A DNA stretch of 54,267 bases, the filler included, from Stramenopiles sp. TOSAG23-2 (lineage: Eukaryota), in the NCBI GenBank assembly GCA_900128395.1. It is 4 parts of 4 records of this genome, joined end to end, with 100 filler letters (N's around TTAATTAATTAA, not from the genome) between each part and the next. Parts side by side here need not be neighbours in the genome. Positions count along the whole stretch, not along the records: positions 1 to 13,575 come from LT649797.1; positions 13,676 to 27,180 come from LT649798.1; 2 more parts are not named here. One strand, 5' to 3'. Below, in pieces: positions 11,048 through 22,606 of this stretch. Both the position numbers and the translations under genes were made by a program. Numbering within the stretch: position 1 is the first letter of the stretch; every line of letters begins with the position of its first letter. Under the pieces are notes generated by a model. It saw only the letters and a list, made by a program, of their open reading frames with translations, had not been told where the DNA came from and made no database searches.

Positions 11048-13123
11048 TTAAAGTAATCCCGCTTGCATTTTACTTAAATTTTCTTCAAACTCATCTTTAT
11101 TTGTTAAATTTTGCTTCGCTCTCCATGTTATATTAGTAACTTTACTAACATCGCCAGGTTTTTGACTTTCAAACCTTATGTAATCCAACCACATTTCTTC
11201 ATTATTTGCACCATTAACAATAGCACTTTCAAATAATTTACGTATAAAACCAACATTTGCGTTTAAACCATTTAGTGTCATTTCCGTATAAATTGCAATT
11301 TTAAATATTTCCCATGGACAGACTAGAAAAATTGCATTTACTTTATCATTTTTACTTATGATTTCATTGATAAATTTATACAACAGATTTTTCTCTTCTT
11401 TGTTTTCAATGATTAAATCGATAAAATTTTGTGCTAACACAATTTTATTTGTATCTTCCAAATTACCATTTCTTAAACGAGTTATAATGTGATCTGACAC
11501 TTCACTCAATGTATTTTTCATTGCATCCTTATATTGCATCCATTTTAACTCAACATTCAGAGAGTTTTTAGACTTTGGTAACATTTTACTAACAGCTTGT
11601 TGAAATTTTTCTTCAATATAATTCAATGCAATAGGGCTAGAATCATATTGTAAATTATGAAGCATTACATCAATTAAATAAAGCCAACTAGTTGCTTCTT
11701 TTGGGTAGTTATCAACACATTTTTGTGCAATATCAATTGCTTTTAAACCATTTTTTGTTTTTACATTATCTTTCTTCGATACCTTGTTTCGTTTTGCTTT
11801 TCTACTATTATCCTTTTTTCCATCAATATCATGGAAGCGTGAGCTAATACGTATCCATTCACCATATTGATCTAAAGTTATTTTATCTTCATTTTCAAGC
11901 AAATAAAAACAATCCTCTATTTCTTTTCCTTTACCATACGACAACATAAATTTTAAATAATAATCGTGCATTTTAACCGTTGGTAAAACACTTAATGCTT
12001 TTTTATAAATAGTTATAATCTTTTCTTTTGTCATTACGTCAATCTCATAAATATTATTAGATCTGGAGCGTTTTTTATTGTTATCATTATCGTCGTCATC
12101 ATCTTCTTCTTTTTCTTCACTATTATTATCATCCGTTTTTTGTAAAAACCATTTTGCACGTGCTTCCCAACATTCCTCGTTATTATTGAACTTCGCATCC
12201 TTTTCAAATAAATTTAAGAGATGATCTGTTACATTTGGAATATCATTATAAAAGGTAGCGCTTATATTTAGACAATCTAATGCAAATTGTATGCATTCGT
12301 TTGAATCTTGAATTTTCTGAATAGCATTATTAAAAACAATTGTAGCCATTCTACCTTGTATCATTTTTATTTTTCCATCTTCTTGGATTTTATTCTTATT
12401 GTTACTCTTAGTACCATTTCCAGCATCATAATCATCATCTTCACCTGGAAGTTGCGGAATTGATAATTTTGTCTCTGATATCGCTTCATTTTCAACACTT
12501 GTTTCTGCTGCAGAATTATCCAAACCGAGTATACGACGTCTTTCTTTTATGATGGATGCAAAACTTAATTCTAACTCAAATAATTCACGATATAGTGTTG
12601 GATTACCTTTGTTTAAACGTAGACCTCTAGTTAAAAGTATACGTGCAGTATCAAAGCTTTGGTTTCCGTTACATTCCCACTCCGCGGCTTTCACCCACAG
12701 TGAAATATTCAATGGATGAAGACGTAAAGCTTTTGGAAATAAACGTCCTATTCTTTTTCCACTTTTAGTAGCTATTGCATGGTCAATACACATTAACCAT
12801 AAAGAAATATTTTGTTGAAAACGTTGTAATGCACGATCAAAAATAAATTGTACACGCCTTGTGCATGAAAAATCTGACAATGTATTTTTTTGCAGTTTCA
12901 TTCGCTCCTTTCTTAAAAGTCTTAATTTATCAATCGATTTTTCATATTCAATATATCTTAAAAAGTCTTCTAATGTTTTTCCACGCCTTTGCAACCTATA
13001 TTCATAATCCCGGCGTTTATTTGTAATACTTCTTATTTCATGTTCGTTAAACAATCCTCTTTCTTGCAAATCTTCTAATTCCGGTATGGAACGTTCTAAT
13101 ATTTTTTGTACATTGTCTGCCAT
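11048..13123 (-). CDS. UTP6: U3 snoRNA-associated protein 6 (HAT repeats)
   Basis: N-terminus MADNVQKILERSIPELEDLQERGLF...KRRDYEYRL...DFLRYIEYE; HAT repeats (LWVKAAEWE, ARILLTRGLRLN). Confidence 0.9.
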   Translation of the reverse strand: MADNVQKILERSIPELEDLQERGLFNEHEIRSITNKRRDYEYRLQRRGKTLEDFLRYIEYEKSIDKLRLLRKERMKLQKNTLSDFSCTRRVQFIFDRALQRFQQNISLWLMCIDHAIATKSGKRIGRLFPKALRLHPLNISLWVKAAEWECNGNQSFDTARILLTRGLRLNKGNPTLYRELFELELSFASIIKERRRILGLDNSAAETSVENEAISETKLSIPQLPGEDDDYDAGNGTKSNNKNKIQEDGKIKMIQGRMATIVFNNAIQKIQDSNECIQFALDCLNISATFYNDIPNVTDHLLNLFEKDAKFNNNEECWEARAKWFLQKTDDNNSEEKEEDDDDDNDNNKKRSRSNNIYEIDVMTKEKIITIYKKALSVLPTVKMHDYYLKFMLSYGKGKEIEDCFYLLENEDKITLDQYGEWIRISSRFHDIDGKKDNSRKAKRNKVSKKDNVKTKNGLKAIDIAQKCVDNYPKEATSWLYLIDVMLHNLQYDSSPIALNYIEEKFQQAVSKMLPKSKNSLNVELKWMQYKDAMKNTLSEVSDHIITRLRNGNLEDTNKIVLAQNFIDLIIENKEEKNLLYKFINEIISKNDKVNAIFLVCPWEIFKIAIYTEMTLNGLNANVGFIRKLFESAIVNGANNEEMWLDYIRFESQKPGDVSKVTNITWRAKQNLTNKDEFEENLSKMQAGLL

Positions 13124-13575
13124 ATCTTGTTATTTCCTTTTATATTTATTTTGTTTCTGTGTTTTCCTTCGTTTTTTATTTTGCATTTTCTTTCCATCTT
13201 TATCCTACAAGTATCTTGTGGATATTATTGATTATTTTATTTATATTATGGTGATTATTAAAGCCCGTGGGATTCCATAGTCCTACGGCTTAAGGCAGGC
13301 ACATGTTTGCTTAAAAGTTAAAATAACAGGAGAATAGCATTGTTTTTTTGACCGAAATATTTGATGAAAACCGATAATTTTGAGCTAAATGCATAAATCT
13401 CACATTTTTCAACATGGACACAGCATGGGCTGTACGGAAACCCGTACAGGATAAATGCAAAAAAATCTATTGATCTAAATGTCTAATTTTATCGGAGATT
13501 TTACACTCATAAATACACGCTAATGATATTCCCCTATTGTTTATTAGCCCTTTTTTACCTTTTTTTTTTCTTTTT

Positions 13576-13675
13576 NNNNNNNNNNNNNNNNNNNNNNNNN
13601 NNNNNNNNNNNNNNNNNNNTTAATTAATTAANNNNNNNNNNNNNNNNNNNNNNNNNNNNNNNNNNNNNNNNNNNN
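13576..13675. other. Artificial contig linker
   Basis: N44-TTAATTAATTAA-N44 (stops in all six frames). Confidence 0.97.
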
Positions 13676-13912
13676 AACCTATCTGATAATAATATTACTG
13701 ATGATAGTGGAATACAAAGTATTATTGATGGATTAAAAACAAACAATACATTAGATTTCTTGCGCCTAGAGAATAATCAACTTAGTGATAATATGATATC
13801 ACAATTAAAAGCTATACAACAATATAAAAGACAATTAAAAGCTATACAACAATATAAAAGGAGAGGATCAAACGGGTATCAACAAGTGGAATGGATGGTG
13901 ATATGGACATAA
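13676..13912 (+). CDS. RI-like leucine-rich repeat protein, C-terminal fragment (cut by contig start)
   Basis: Own translation: NLSDNNITDDSGIQSIIDGLKTNNTLDFLRLENNQLSD...WT*; contains a 30-bp tandem duplication (13801-13860). Confidence 0.75.
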   Translation, partial: NLSDNNITDDSGIQSIIDGLKTNNTLDFLRLENNQLSDNMISQLKAIQQYKRQLKAIQQYKRRGSNGYQQVEWMVIWT

Positions 13913-14086
13913 TAATTAATATATTTATATACTACCAACTACAATATATCCCTATATATAAAAGAGTAAGACACACACACACACTGTTACTTTATTCGTA
14001 TTATCCAGCATTCTTGGTACAGAATAAGGTATGACAAAAGTCAACGACCAGATGGAAAATTTTCTCGACGTTTCAATGTTGGTATT

Positions 14087-15376
14087 ATGTCTGACATGGA
14101 CATAGAAACCCAAGGGCAACATCACCCAATTTACACCATCTATTACCCGCATACGAATATGCACCATCGAAGGCGTAATATAATTTTAGATGAAACAATG
14201 AGCCACAGTATCAGTCGTGTATCTCAATTGAGAAAAGGCAATTTGTATATCAAATTAAACGAACACGAAAATAATCAAATTGATTTCCCAGAAATATTGC
14301 CTCCATTCGAAGGGGTTGATACGTGGAAACAGGATATATCGAATAAAGACGACTATGTCTGGGAACCAGCGGAAAATGCTGTGTTTAAAACTGTCGGAAA
14401 GACACCAGTAGATCCAACTGAAAGTACAAAAAGGATAAAGCAACAAATGCAAGACTTGAAGAAACGTTTAGAAGTAATCAAGCAAAATGAAGCTCAAAAG
14501 AAAGCTAATCTGCTAGCAAGAAGAGGTGGTCCAAGAAGGAGCAATAGAAACCGAAATAACAAGGTTAAAGCCTATCTAGCTGAAAAAAGACGTAACAATA
14601 ACAGATATAAATATATCTGGCGTCGTGCAGATAAACAGCATGCATATCATGCAGTAGTTTTTAAAACTAAAGTCCTAAATATCCCTCGTCCAGGTGAGGA
14701 AATGTCTTTAGTTCCAATTGGTTCAACAAATGATATGGGTGGAATGAGAAAAAAATTAATGATTACAAATAAAACACCAATATGTAATAATATATATGAA
14801 AAAACAAATGGTAAAGAACGTGGATATGGTATCATAACATTGGAAGATATTAAAAAAGGGGAACCTATTTTAGAATTTGTTGGTGAATTATTGACACATG
14901 AACAAGCAATGAAACGTGAAGAATATTATACAAAAATGAATATTAATTGTTGTTATCAATTGAAACTTGGATATGGTGCATGTCAAAATGTAATTGATCC
15001 AACATTATATGGAAATTTCGGTAGATTTGCAAATAGTTCCTGTAATAGTAATATGATATGTAAACGTTTAGAAGAAACAGAGTTATTTAAAAATGAAAGA
15101 AATTGTCGATATATACGTCCAATGTTTTATGCAGCAAGAGATATAAAAAAAGGGGAAGAATTAACATGGATGTATAATAACCACAATGGTAGTGGTGGTA
15201 GTAGTAGTAGTAGTAGTAATAATAATCGAAGATCATCACGTAAAAGGAAAAAATCAACAGGAGGAGAAGAAGAAAAGAAGAAGGAAGCCTTGTCATCATC
15301 ATTGTTTGATGGCGGTATAGGTGATGGTGGATATCAATGTTTTTGTGGTGAAATAAATTGCAAAAGTACATTGTAA
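14087..15376 (+). CDS. SET-domain lysine methyltransferase with post-SET
   Basis: RGYGIITLEDIKKGEPILEFVGE, IDPTLYGNFGRFANSSCNSN, AARDIKKGEELTWMY, CFCGEINC; frame stays open upstream to a CAG at 14008, so the 5' end may be incomplete. Confidence 0.85.
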   Translation: MSDMDIETQGQHHPIYTIYYPHTNMHHRRRNIILDETMSHSISRVSQLRKGNLYIKLNEHENNQIDFPEILPPFEGVDTWKQDISNKDDYVWEPAENAVFKTVGKTPVDPTESTKRIKQQMQDLKKRLEVIKQNEAQKKANLLARRGGPRRSNRNRNNKVKAYLAEKRRNNNRYKYIWRRADKQHAYHAVVFKTKVLNIPRPGEEMSLVPIGSTNDMGGMRKKLMITNKTPICNNIYEKTNGKERGYGIITLEDIKKGEPILEFVGELLTHEQAMKREEYYTKMNINCCYQLKLGYGACQNVIDPTLYGNFGRFANSSCNSNMICKRLEETELFKNERNCRYIRPMFYAARDIKKGEELTWMYNNHNGSGGSSSSSSNNNRRSSRKRKKSTGGEEEKKKEALSSSLFDGGIGDGGYQCFCGEINCKSTL

Positions 15377-15693
15377 AAAAGATATTTCAAACGACGTTTA
15401 AATTTAAAAAATATTAATACACTGTGAGAGAGAGAGAGAAGAGAGAGAAGTGCGAGTGTCGTGTAAAAAATAATTCAATTTTTTAAGATATATATCATTT
15501 ATTCATATTTTTTAATCATTAAAAAATATTCACACACTCCATGATACATGATATCATAAAAAAAATGACGGTTCGTATATATATATCTCCATATTCACAC
15601 TATGCTTCGTATTATCATGTAGATATATTAGAGATGCGCTATAATATTCGTACTTTTTTACTATTCGTACAATATTGTGTGCGTACATAAAAA

Positions 15694-18306
15694 TCACTTT
15701 ACTAACCTCGGTTTCCCACCAACAATTCCAGGCAATGTTAATAAACGATTTGCTAATGGTTGTGGTGTACGTGATATGAAATGTAAAAATTCAATCCAAT
15801 CATTTATTACTTCCTTATTACGAAACAATCGTCCTTCCACTTTACGTAACATTTCTGCACTTATACGATTACGATATTCTTTATCATTACCAAATTTATA
15901 TAATTTATCAACAAAATCATCAATGGAATATGCTAAACAACAATTAATATCATCTAATTCCAATGCTTTTAAATAACCTTTTTCAATCCTCATCGTCATA
16001 CCTAATGAATGCCCTTCATAGACAACAAATGGTGTTCCGACGGAAAGTGCTTCCATAACAGTTACACCACTAGCAGTAGGATATGTAAACATGATTACTG
16101 CACCTAATTTAATAAAGGCTAAATAATCCTTCAATACCATAGGTTTTACCCATATAATACGTTGAAATACATCTGGTGGCATACTTTTTGACATACGTTC
16201 ATTTAATATATTTTTCCAAGTTGAACGTTTTCCATCAACCATTAAAAGTAAACCAAGTGGATCTTTTTCTAATAATTTTCTAATTGCTTCATCCATTACT
16301 GGATTTAATTTATACAATGAAGTTGGTATTAAATATAAATGTGGTTCGATGTTCGTAGTAGAACTAAAATAATCCATTGGAATGCCAAAATCACTATGTG
16401 TTTTATCCATTGCAGGTAATATGGGTGGTAAAAAATATGTACAAATACTTGGCATTAAATATAAACGTTCCACATAATGGGATTGTGCATATGGTGTTTC
16501 CATTAAATTTGAACTAATGAAATAATCGATTTTATCATTACCACTAGTAATACCATGACCCCAAAACATTACAGTGCGATAGGCTAAACGTGAAAACGAT
16601 AAGAAATATGCACTATGTGCCATGCCAATTTCACCATAAATCATTATATCCAATTCCAATCGTGCTATATTTTCCCTCATATAAATCGGATCTTCACTAT
16701 CTAATAATATATGATAATTTGCTTTATCAATAATTTCTTTTGTAAATTCATCTTCCATTCCACCCATTGGTGGTATGATGACAATCACATCGAATACAGG
16801 TAATTGTGATAATTCTGCAATAATACCACGGAGTAATTTACCAACACTATGTTCACGAAAATAATGGGAAAAAAATGCTACTTTAATTCGATTTGTTTCA
16901 GACAATGTGTCCCCCATACGTAATTGCAAACGATCTGGAACAATATTTGGACGTACATGGCTTGCAGTGAAGGAGCTTAAATGTGGTGCGCTAAGTTTCA
17001 ATATTTGATAATAATGTGCACGTGCAATTTGATCATGTAAACCATGAAATATTAAATGATATCCTAAATCTGTCACTGCTTCTGCATGATTATGTATAAC
17101 TAATTTTCCAGTAGTTGCATCCATTAATAATTCTTCTAATCCACCTAAATATCGTGCACGTGTTTTAAATACATCGCCAAGGGATTTATATACTCGAGGT
17201 AACAATGTTAAACGTTTAAATTTTGCAGCAGATGCACGTGGTATATTACCATTTTCTCTTGCAGCATCTTCCGCACGTTTTAATAATTCACGTGCTGTGT
17301 CTAAATCACCATTATCACTAATTTTATTTGCAAGACTATCTAATGATGGTATCATTTTTGGATCTATTTCAATTGCTTTTTTCCATATGTTCATAGCCTC
17401 TTCCTCTCTGTCATCACTAACACCATCTAATGCCGATCCTAAATTATTTAATAATCCAGCTTCATGTTGACGTATATTTGGATCATTTGATTTACGCAAG
17501 GTATCCAATGCAATATATTGTAATTCTACTGATTTTTCTTTCTCTCCAATTTTATTTAAATATGTTGCATAATTTGTCATTGCAAATATATTACCACCTT
17601 GTATTGCAATTTCATAATGTTTTTTACCATCATTACGTCTATTTGGAAAATTCATTAATAATAATGCTAAATCATTACGTATTCCATGTTCCTCCGGAAA
17701 TAAGTCTAAATATCGTTCATAATATTTCGTTGCATCTAAATATACTTTATCTACTGCATCTTTACTTTGCCCTTTTGCAATTAAATCAGATGAGATACTA
17801 TATTGATGTAATTTACCTAATAGCAATAATGATTGGCCATGTTTTGGCCATGTTTGAAGTGATGTTTCTAATAATTCTTTACATTCATTTGTTTTACCAA
17901 TTTGCATAGCATGATCTGCTGCAGTGGAATAATAATCTGGAATTAATTTATTACCATTTGTTGTTATTGTTGATGCTAATCCAATTGCTTTTTTAGCAAA
18001 TTCATATCCAGTTGTATGTTCTTGTTGTCGATATTTGATGGAAGAAAGTATATACCATATATCTGATTTGTCGTTATCATTTCCTTTGTCAATATGATTC
18101 ATTACTTTATTTTCTGCTGATATTATATCGCCTTTATTTATAATTGCAATAACATCGTTGATAATATTATCATATGAATTATTATTATTATTATTATTTG
18201 CTGTTGTTGTTGTTGTTGTTCCTTGTACATATTTGAAATAACATTGGATATTGATAAATATTATTATGAATAATAATATATTATAAAATGAGATGGAATG
18301 TTTCAT
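15694..18306 (-). CDS. TPR + GT41 (OGT/SPINDLY/HMW1C-like) glycosyltransferase with signal peptide
   Basis: First ATG 18306 (MKHSISFYNILLFIIIFINIQCYF); TPRs; RIKVAFFSHYFREHSVGK, LDIMIYGEIGM, RLAY...WGHGITSG, IDYFISS, LYKLNP, TVMEALSVGTP. Confidence 0.85.
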   Translation of the reverse strand: MKHSISFYNILLFIIIFINIQCYFKYVQGTTTTTTANNNNNNNSYDNIINDVIAIINKGDIISAENKVMNHIDKGNDNDKSDIWYILSSIKYRQQEHTTGYEFAKKAIGLASTITTNGNKLIPDYYSTAADHAMQIGKTNECKELLETSLQTWPKHGQSLLLLGKLHQYSISSDLIAKGQSKDAVDKVYLDATKYYERYLDLFPEEHGIRNDLALLLMNFPNRRNDGKKHYEIAIQGGNIFAMTNYATYLNKIGEKEKSVELQYIALDTLRKSNDPNIRQHEAGLLNNLGSALDGVSDDREEEAMNIWKKAIEIDPKMIPSLDSLANKISDNGDLDTARELLKRAEDAARENGNIPRASAAKFKRLTLLPRVYKSLGDVFKTRARYLGGLEELLMDATTGKLVIHNHAEAVTDLGYHLIFHGLHDQIARAHYYQILKLSAPHLSSFTASHVRPNIVPDRLQLRMGDTLSETNRIKVAFFSHYFREHSVGKLLRGIIAELSQLPVFDVIVIIPPMGGMEDEFTKEIIDKANYHILLDSEDPIYMRENIARLELDIMIYGEIGMAHSAYFLSFSRLAYRTVMFWGHGITSGNDKIDYFISSNLMETPYAQSHYVERLYLMPSICTYFLPPILPAMDKTHSDFGIPMDYFSSTTNIEPHLYLIPTSLYKLNPVMDEAIRKLLEKDPLGLLLMVDGKRSTWKNILNERMSKSMPPDVFQRIIWVKPMVLKDYLAFIKLGAVIMFTYPTASGVTVMEALSVGTPFVVYEGHSLGMTMRIEKGYLKALELDDINCCLAYSIDDFVDKLYKFGNDKEYRNRISAEMLRKVEGRLFRNKEVINDWIEFLHFISRTPQPLANRLLTLPGIVGGKPRLVK

Positions 18307-18392
18307 TGTAATAATTAATATGTAAATTAATATAATTATACACAATACACAGAAGATGATGATGATAATAACTAGATATGCCAAGTAGTATC

Positions 18393-18670
18393 GAAGTCAC
18401 TTGTATACAAAAATGTTTTGCTTTCTTCTGTTTTTCTATTATAGAAGTATCTTGCAATATGCAACTTGATTTTTTTTTTTTTTTTAGATGAATTAATAAT
18501 TATGTATAATTTACACCCCCCCAGAAAATAATGATAATTATTAATTAGATAATAACAAGTATAGTAAAAGGAAGTCGACACTTGTGTATACAAAAATGTC
18601 TTATTTTCTTATTTATCTTCTACTATAGAAGTATCTTGCAATATATTAATATGCAATTTGATTTTTCTTG
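18393..18670. repeat. Diverged direct repeat (~180-bp period) upstream of the GT41 gene
   Basis: GTATACAAAAATGT...TATAGAAGTATCTTGCAATAT...TGCAA(C/T)TTGATTTTT near 18393-18475 and 18571-18670. Confidence 0.7.
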
Positions 18671-19336
18671 TTTTTGATTGTGAGGATAATGATGTGAATT
18701 TTTACATTTTTTCCCTCTGCTAGAAGCCCACACACATATCTATTCTTCATTCAGTTTTATTTACTTTTTTTGGATTTTATTTATATAAACGCATTTTTCA
18801 CATTATTATAATTTCATTAGGATATTGATTTTAATAGGCATGAATTTTCATAGTCTAATTTATAATTGATATTGTGTTGATGGTATCATGGAATGTGAAT
18901 GGACGTATCTATTTACACTACTAATATTTATACTTTAATATTAATATTAGTAAGTATCATTGTACTTAGACATTTGATGTTTTTGATTTGAACATTTGAA
19001 CAACATTAAAAAAAACAAATTTTTTTTAATATTTTAATGAATGAAAAGATTAAGATTGGGTATGTCACTACACAAACATTGAAAAAACCAAATTGATATA
19101 TATATATATACAAAACCAACAAATTATTCAGAGTTAAACATTCAAAAACTCACCATATAATATTGAATATAGAGCAATTTAAATTATAAACGATACATTT
19201 ATATTTCGACCAGTACATCACAGGCAGTATACGACGAATTTCTTATACATTTAATTATTTTATCAAAAATATTGCATTATATTTATAAAAGAAAATATAT
19301 TATTTGAAATATATATATATATTGTATAATTATATT

Positions 19337-20444
19337 ATGGCATCCTTTGCAAAAGATGATAATAATAATGAGACAACACCATTAATAAATCCAGAAGGTA
19401 AAATATTTACAAATGAATGGTCGTCGGATTGCAATCCAGTAACAGGTTCAATATTGAATAAACAAAATTTACGTTTAGCAACATTTTATTATCCAGTAAA
19501 AGGAAGAAAAAAAGTTAAAGGTACCATTTTAGCAATACATGGTTATGGTGCTCATTGCCATTGGGAATATATGGGATATCCATACAATACGTATAAAAAT
19601 GGTTGGGTTGAAAGTTTCAATAACAATGGTTACAATGTATTAACATATGACCACCAATCACATGGTTTATCTCAGGATTTAATTCCAGGTGTACGTTGTT
19701 ATATTGATAGGTTTGATGATTTAATTGATGATGCATTACAAATATATTATGAACGAAAAAAAAATGCAAAGAAAAAAGAAAAATTATATGTATTAGGTAT
19801 TTCAATGGGTGGTAATATTGCTGCACATGTTGCTGTACGTTTAGGGAAAGAATTAGATGGTTTAGTCTTAGGTTCACCAATGGTCTCTGTTGAAAAATTG
19901 AAGAAAAAATGCATTAATGCAATTTTATTACCTATTTCCGGTTGTGTCAGTAAATGTTGGCCTACATTAGCAGTTGGTGCAAAAGCAAAAAATACAATGT
20001 ATCCTGAAATGGCAAAACATCGTGAAGAAGATCCATTAAGTTATTTAGGTATGATACGTGCAAGATTTGCAACAGAATCTATTGCTACGTGTGATTTAGT
20101 AAGTATATATTAATCGTATATATTTCTATCATCTATAGTTTGAATCCTTTTTTATATTCAAGTATGTATATATAATAGCTAACATTCTATGATACACTGT
20201 AACATTTGATAATATATAGATTCAAGAACTATGCCATAAAATTGTTACACCAACTTATATTGTTCATTCATCTAAAGATACATTTACGGATCCAGAAGGT
20301 AGTATTAAATTTTATGAGGATATTGGAAGTGAAGTGAAAGAATTGAATTTATTAGAAGAGCATAATTTTTGGCATGGAATCAATAAAGAACCAAATAATA
20401 AAGTTGTTGCAGATGGTATTATTGAATTTTTAAATGAGTTGTAA
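19337..20444 (+). CDS. Alpha/beta hydrolase, monoacylglycerol lipase/lysophospholipase family; exons 19337-20098 and 20220-20444
   Basis: HGYG, DHQSHGLS, GISMGG nucleophile; intron 20099-20219 (GTAAGT...CTAAC...TAG); exon 2 supplies HSSKDTFTDP (Asp) and FWH (His). Confidence 0.9.
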
Positions 20445-20924
20445 AGCGGTGGTATCTTGCTTCCGATCCTCGTCATGATTATGATGTTCCGTGTATATGT
20501 TGTGCATATGTCAAAACCAAAGAAATTAGATTATGAACAAAAATGGCTTATAACGTATCACACAAAACAAAAAATTAGTTCATATTACACACTTCGTTGA
20601 ATGGATCCCACAATATCCAACATCAAAAATCATATATTGAACGTAGAAGCGAACAGGTATCAATCGATTTAGAGAGAGACACTGAGATATATATATATAA
20701 TAAAATAAAAATAAAACCATTTCAAAACTGCAAGTATTAGGATTTATATATTATTTCCTTACACATTTTTAAAAATCAATTATAAATAATAATAATACGG
20801 TCTCTCAACCACTATATATATAGAATTATGCATTTATTTAAAAAAAGCCAATAATAAAATACAAATATGTAGACAACAAAAGATAGTACGTATGGAAAAA
20901 AAAGGAACAGATTGATAACCAAAT

Positions 20925-22235
20925 ATGAAATCGAGTCATTATAATAAAATACACGATTCATTTGATGAGGAACATGGTGCTAGTAATAATAATAATTATG
21001 GAAGTAATTCATCACCACCAACTTTAACAAATATTAATAATAATGAAGATAATTTAAATAATAATGAGGACAATAATAACACAACATTTGGATCAAAAGT
21101 AATATATTCAATCGTATTAATAGCAGGTGTATGTATCGCAAACTTATGGGAAAACGAAGCATTGCAAGGTGGTGAAATCACTTTGAAATACGTTCAACCT
21201 GGTATTATTATATATGTAAATCATTCATTTTTATTACTAAATTTTATTATTGGATTATACCTTTATAGCAAACGAACAAACACGCCATTAACAACTTTAT
21301 GTTGTAGTTTTGAATTAATTCAATCATCTTTAATTGATGCATCTGGATGGAGTCGAAAAGATGCATTGAAAAAAACTACGTGGTTAGCATTTTTGTATTT
21401 TGTGCCAAATCTCTTTTGGGCTGCTTCGTTAAATTATATTCCAGTTAGTATATCCGTAGCAATGCAACAATCTCAATGTGGCTTTGTATACTTATTAGGT
21501 GTATATTGGTCAGTGATCCCGGCAAATAGAATCAAATCAATTGCATGTGTTTTTTGTATTTTAGGCGTCATATTAATTAGTGTCGGTACAATTATGGCTG
21601 CAGACGATAGTGATAAAAATGGCTCGTCATCTTCTGGTAAAACTGGTGATGATGATGGTGGTGCTAGTAATAATAATGTGATACTTGGATTAATATTTGC
21701 AATAGTTTTTCCAACAACTATATCTTTCTTTTCCATCTATTTTAAAATGTTCAGTAAACATTGTATCAATTTAGAACGAACTTGTGTCTTGACGGGTGTT
21801 ATTGGTATTACAAATACATTTTTTATGATTCCATTTATTTTGTTACAACCTATATTAGGTTTAGGACCAGTAATTTTGCCTGACAGTGGAAGTACATTTG
21901 TTTTAATTGTCTATATAGGTTTCTTAGCATTTTTATATAATTTTTTTTACATGACTGGGATTAGTGTAATGGGGCCATTAACAACCTCACTTGGTGTTGC
22001 ATTGTGTCTTCCAACTAGTATTGTATATGATATGATATTTAAAAGCAGTAATGTATTGAATGGCGTTAGCTTTGTAGGTTGTGCATTTGTTTTTGGTGCT
22101 TTTGTTAGTATTATTAGAGCAGGTGATGGAGATTCCACAGCAGAAGTGAATAATAATAATAATAACAATAATGACGATGATGGAATAAACGCAACAAATG
22201 CCAGCATTGGGGATGAAGTAACAACAGAAATTTAA
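20925..22235 (+). CDS. DMT/EamA (SLC35F-like) transporter
   Basis: About 10 hydrophobic helices; SLNYIPVSIS, GISVMGPLTTSLGVALCLPTSIVYD. Confidence 0.75.
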   Translation: MKSSHYNKIHDSFDEEHGASNNNNYGSNSSPPTLTNINNNEDNLNNNEDNNNTTFGSKVIYSIVLIAGVCIANLWENEALQGGEITLKYVQPGIIIYVNHSFLLLNFIIGLYLYSKRTNTPLTTLCCSFELIQSSLIDASGWSRKDALKKTTWLAFLYFVPNLFWAASLNYIPVSISVAMQQSQCGFVYLLGVYWSVIPANRIKSIACVFCILGVILISVGTIMAADDSDKNGSSSSGKTGDDDGGASNNNVILGLIFAIVFPTTISFFSIYFKMFSKHCINLERTCVLTGVIGITNTFFMIPFILLQPILGLGPVILPDSGSTFVLIVYIGFLAFLYNFFYMTGISVMGPLTTSLGVALCLPTSIVYDMIFKSSNVLNGVSFVGCAFVFGAFVSIIRAGDGDSTAEVNNNNNNNNDDDGINATNASIGDEVTTEI

Positions 22236-22454
22236 AATTTTACGCATATGCATGATAGCGGCCATACATTTTATATTTTAAATATGACATTAAGCCTTGT
22301 CAAAATAAAGTATACGATTCGTAAAAAACACACGCGAGAGTATCACAATATTTTTTAATTTTTTTTTTTTAATTTTTTATATTTTTTATTAAAAAGAGAT
22401 GCAGATATCGTATCATATAATTAATGATATATGGTAAAATCTACGAACGGGTCG

Positions 22455-22505
22455 TAAGTTATTTACGATAATTTTTTACTTCCCGGTGCTAAGTAATATG
22501 CTCAA
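22455..22505 (-). repeat. Truncated copy of dispersed repeat family A
   Basis: TACTTCCCGGTGCTAAGTAATATGCTCAA matches 28044-28079. Confidence 0.75.
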
Positions 22506-22606
22506 AATACATATAATTTATCAATATATTAACCACATCTGAATCGTAGCATGCACAGCGTATTAACATATTACATAAACTCACACCTTTATATATACAC
22601 ACACAC

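Noticed and set aside
13620-13631. TTAATTAATTAA as a biological palindrome
   Set aside because: Synthetic linker repeated identically within N runs
20445-20660. Coding-like sequence after the lipase stop
   Set aside because: The frames I translated close quickly; no homology recognised
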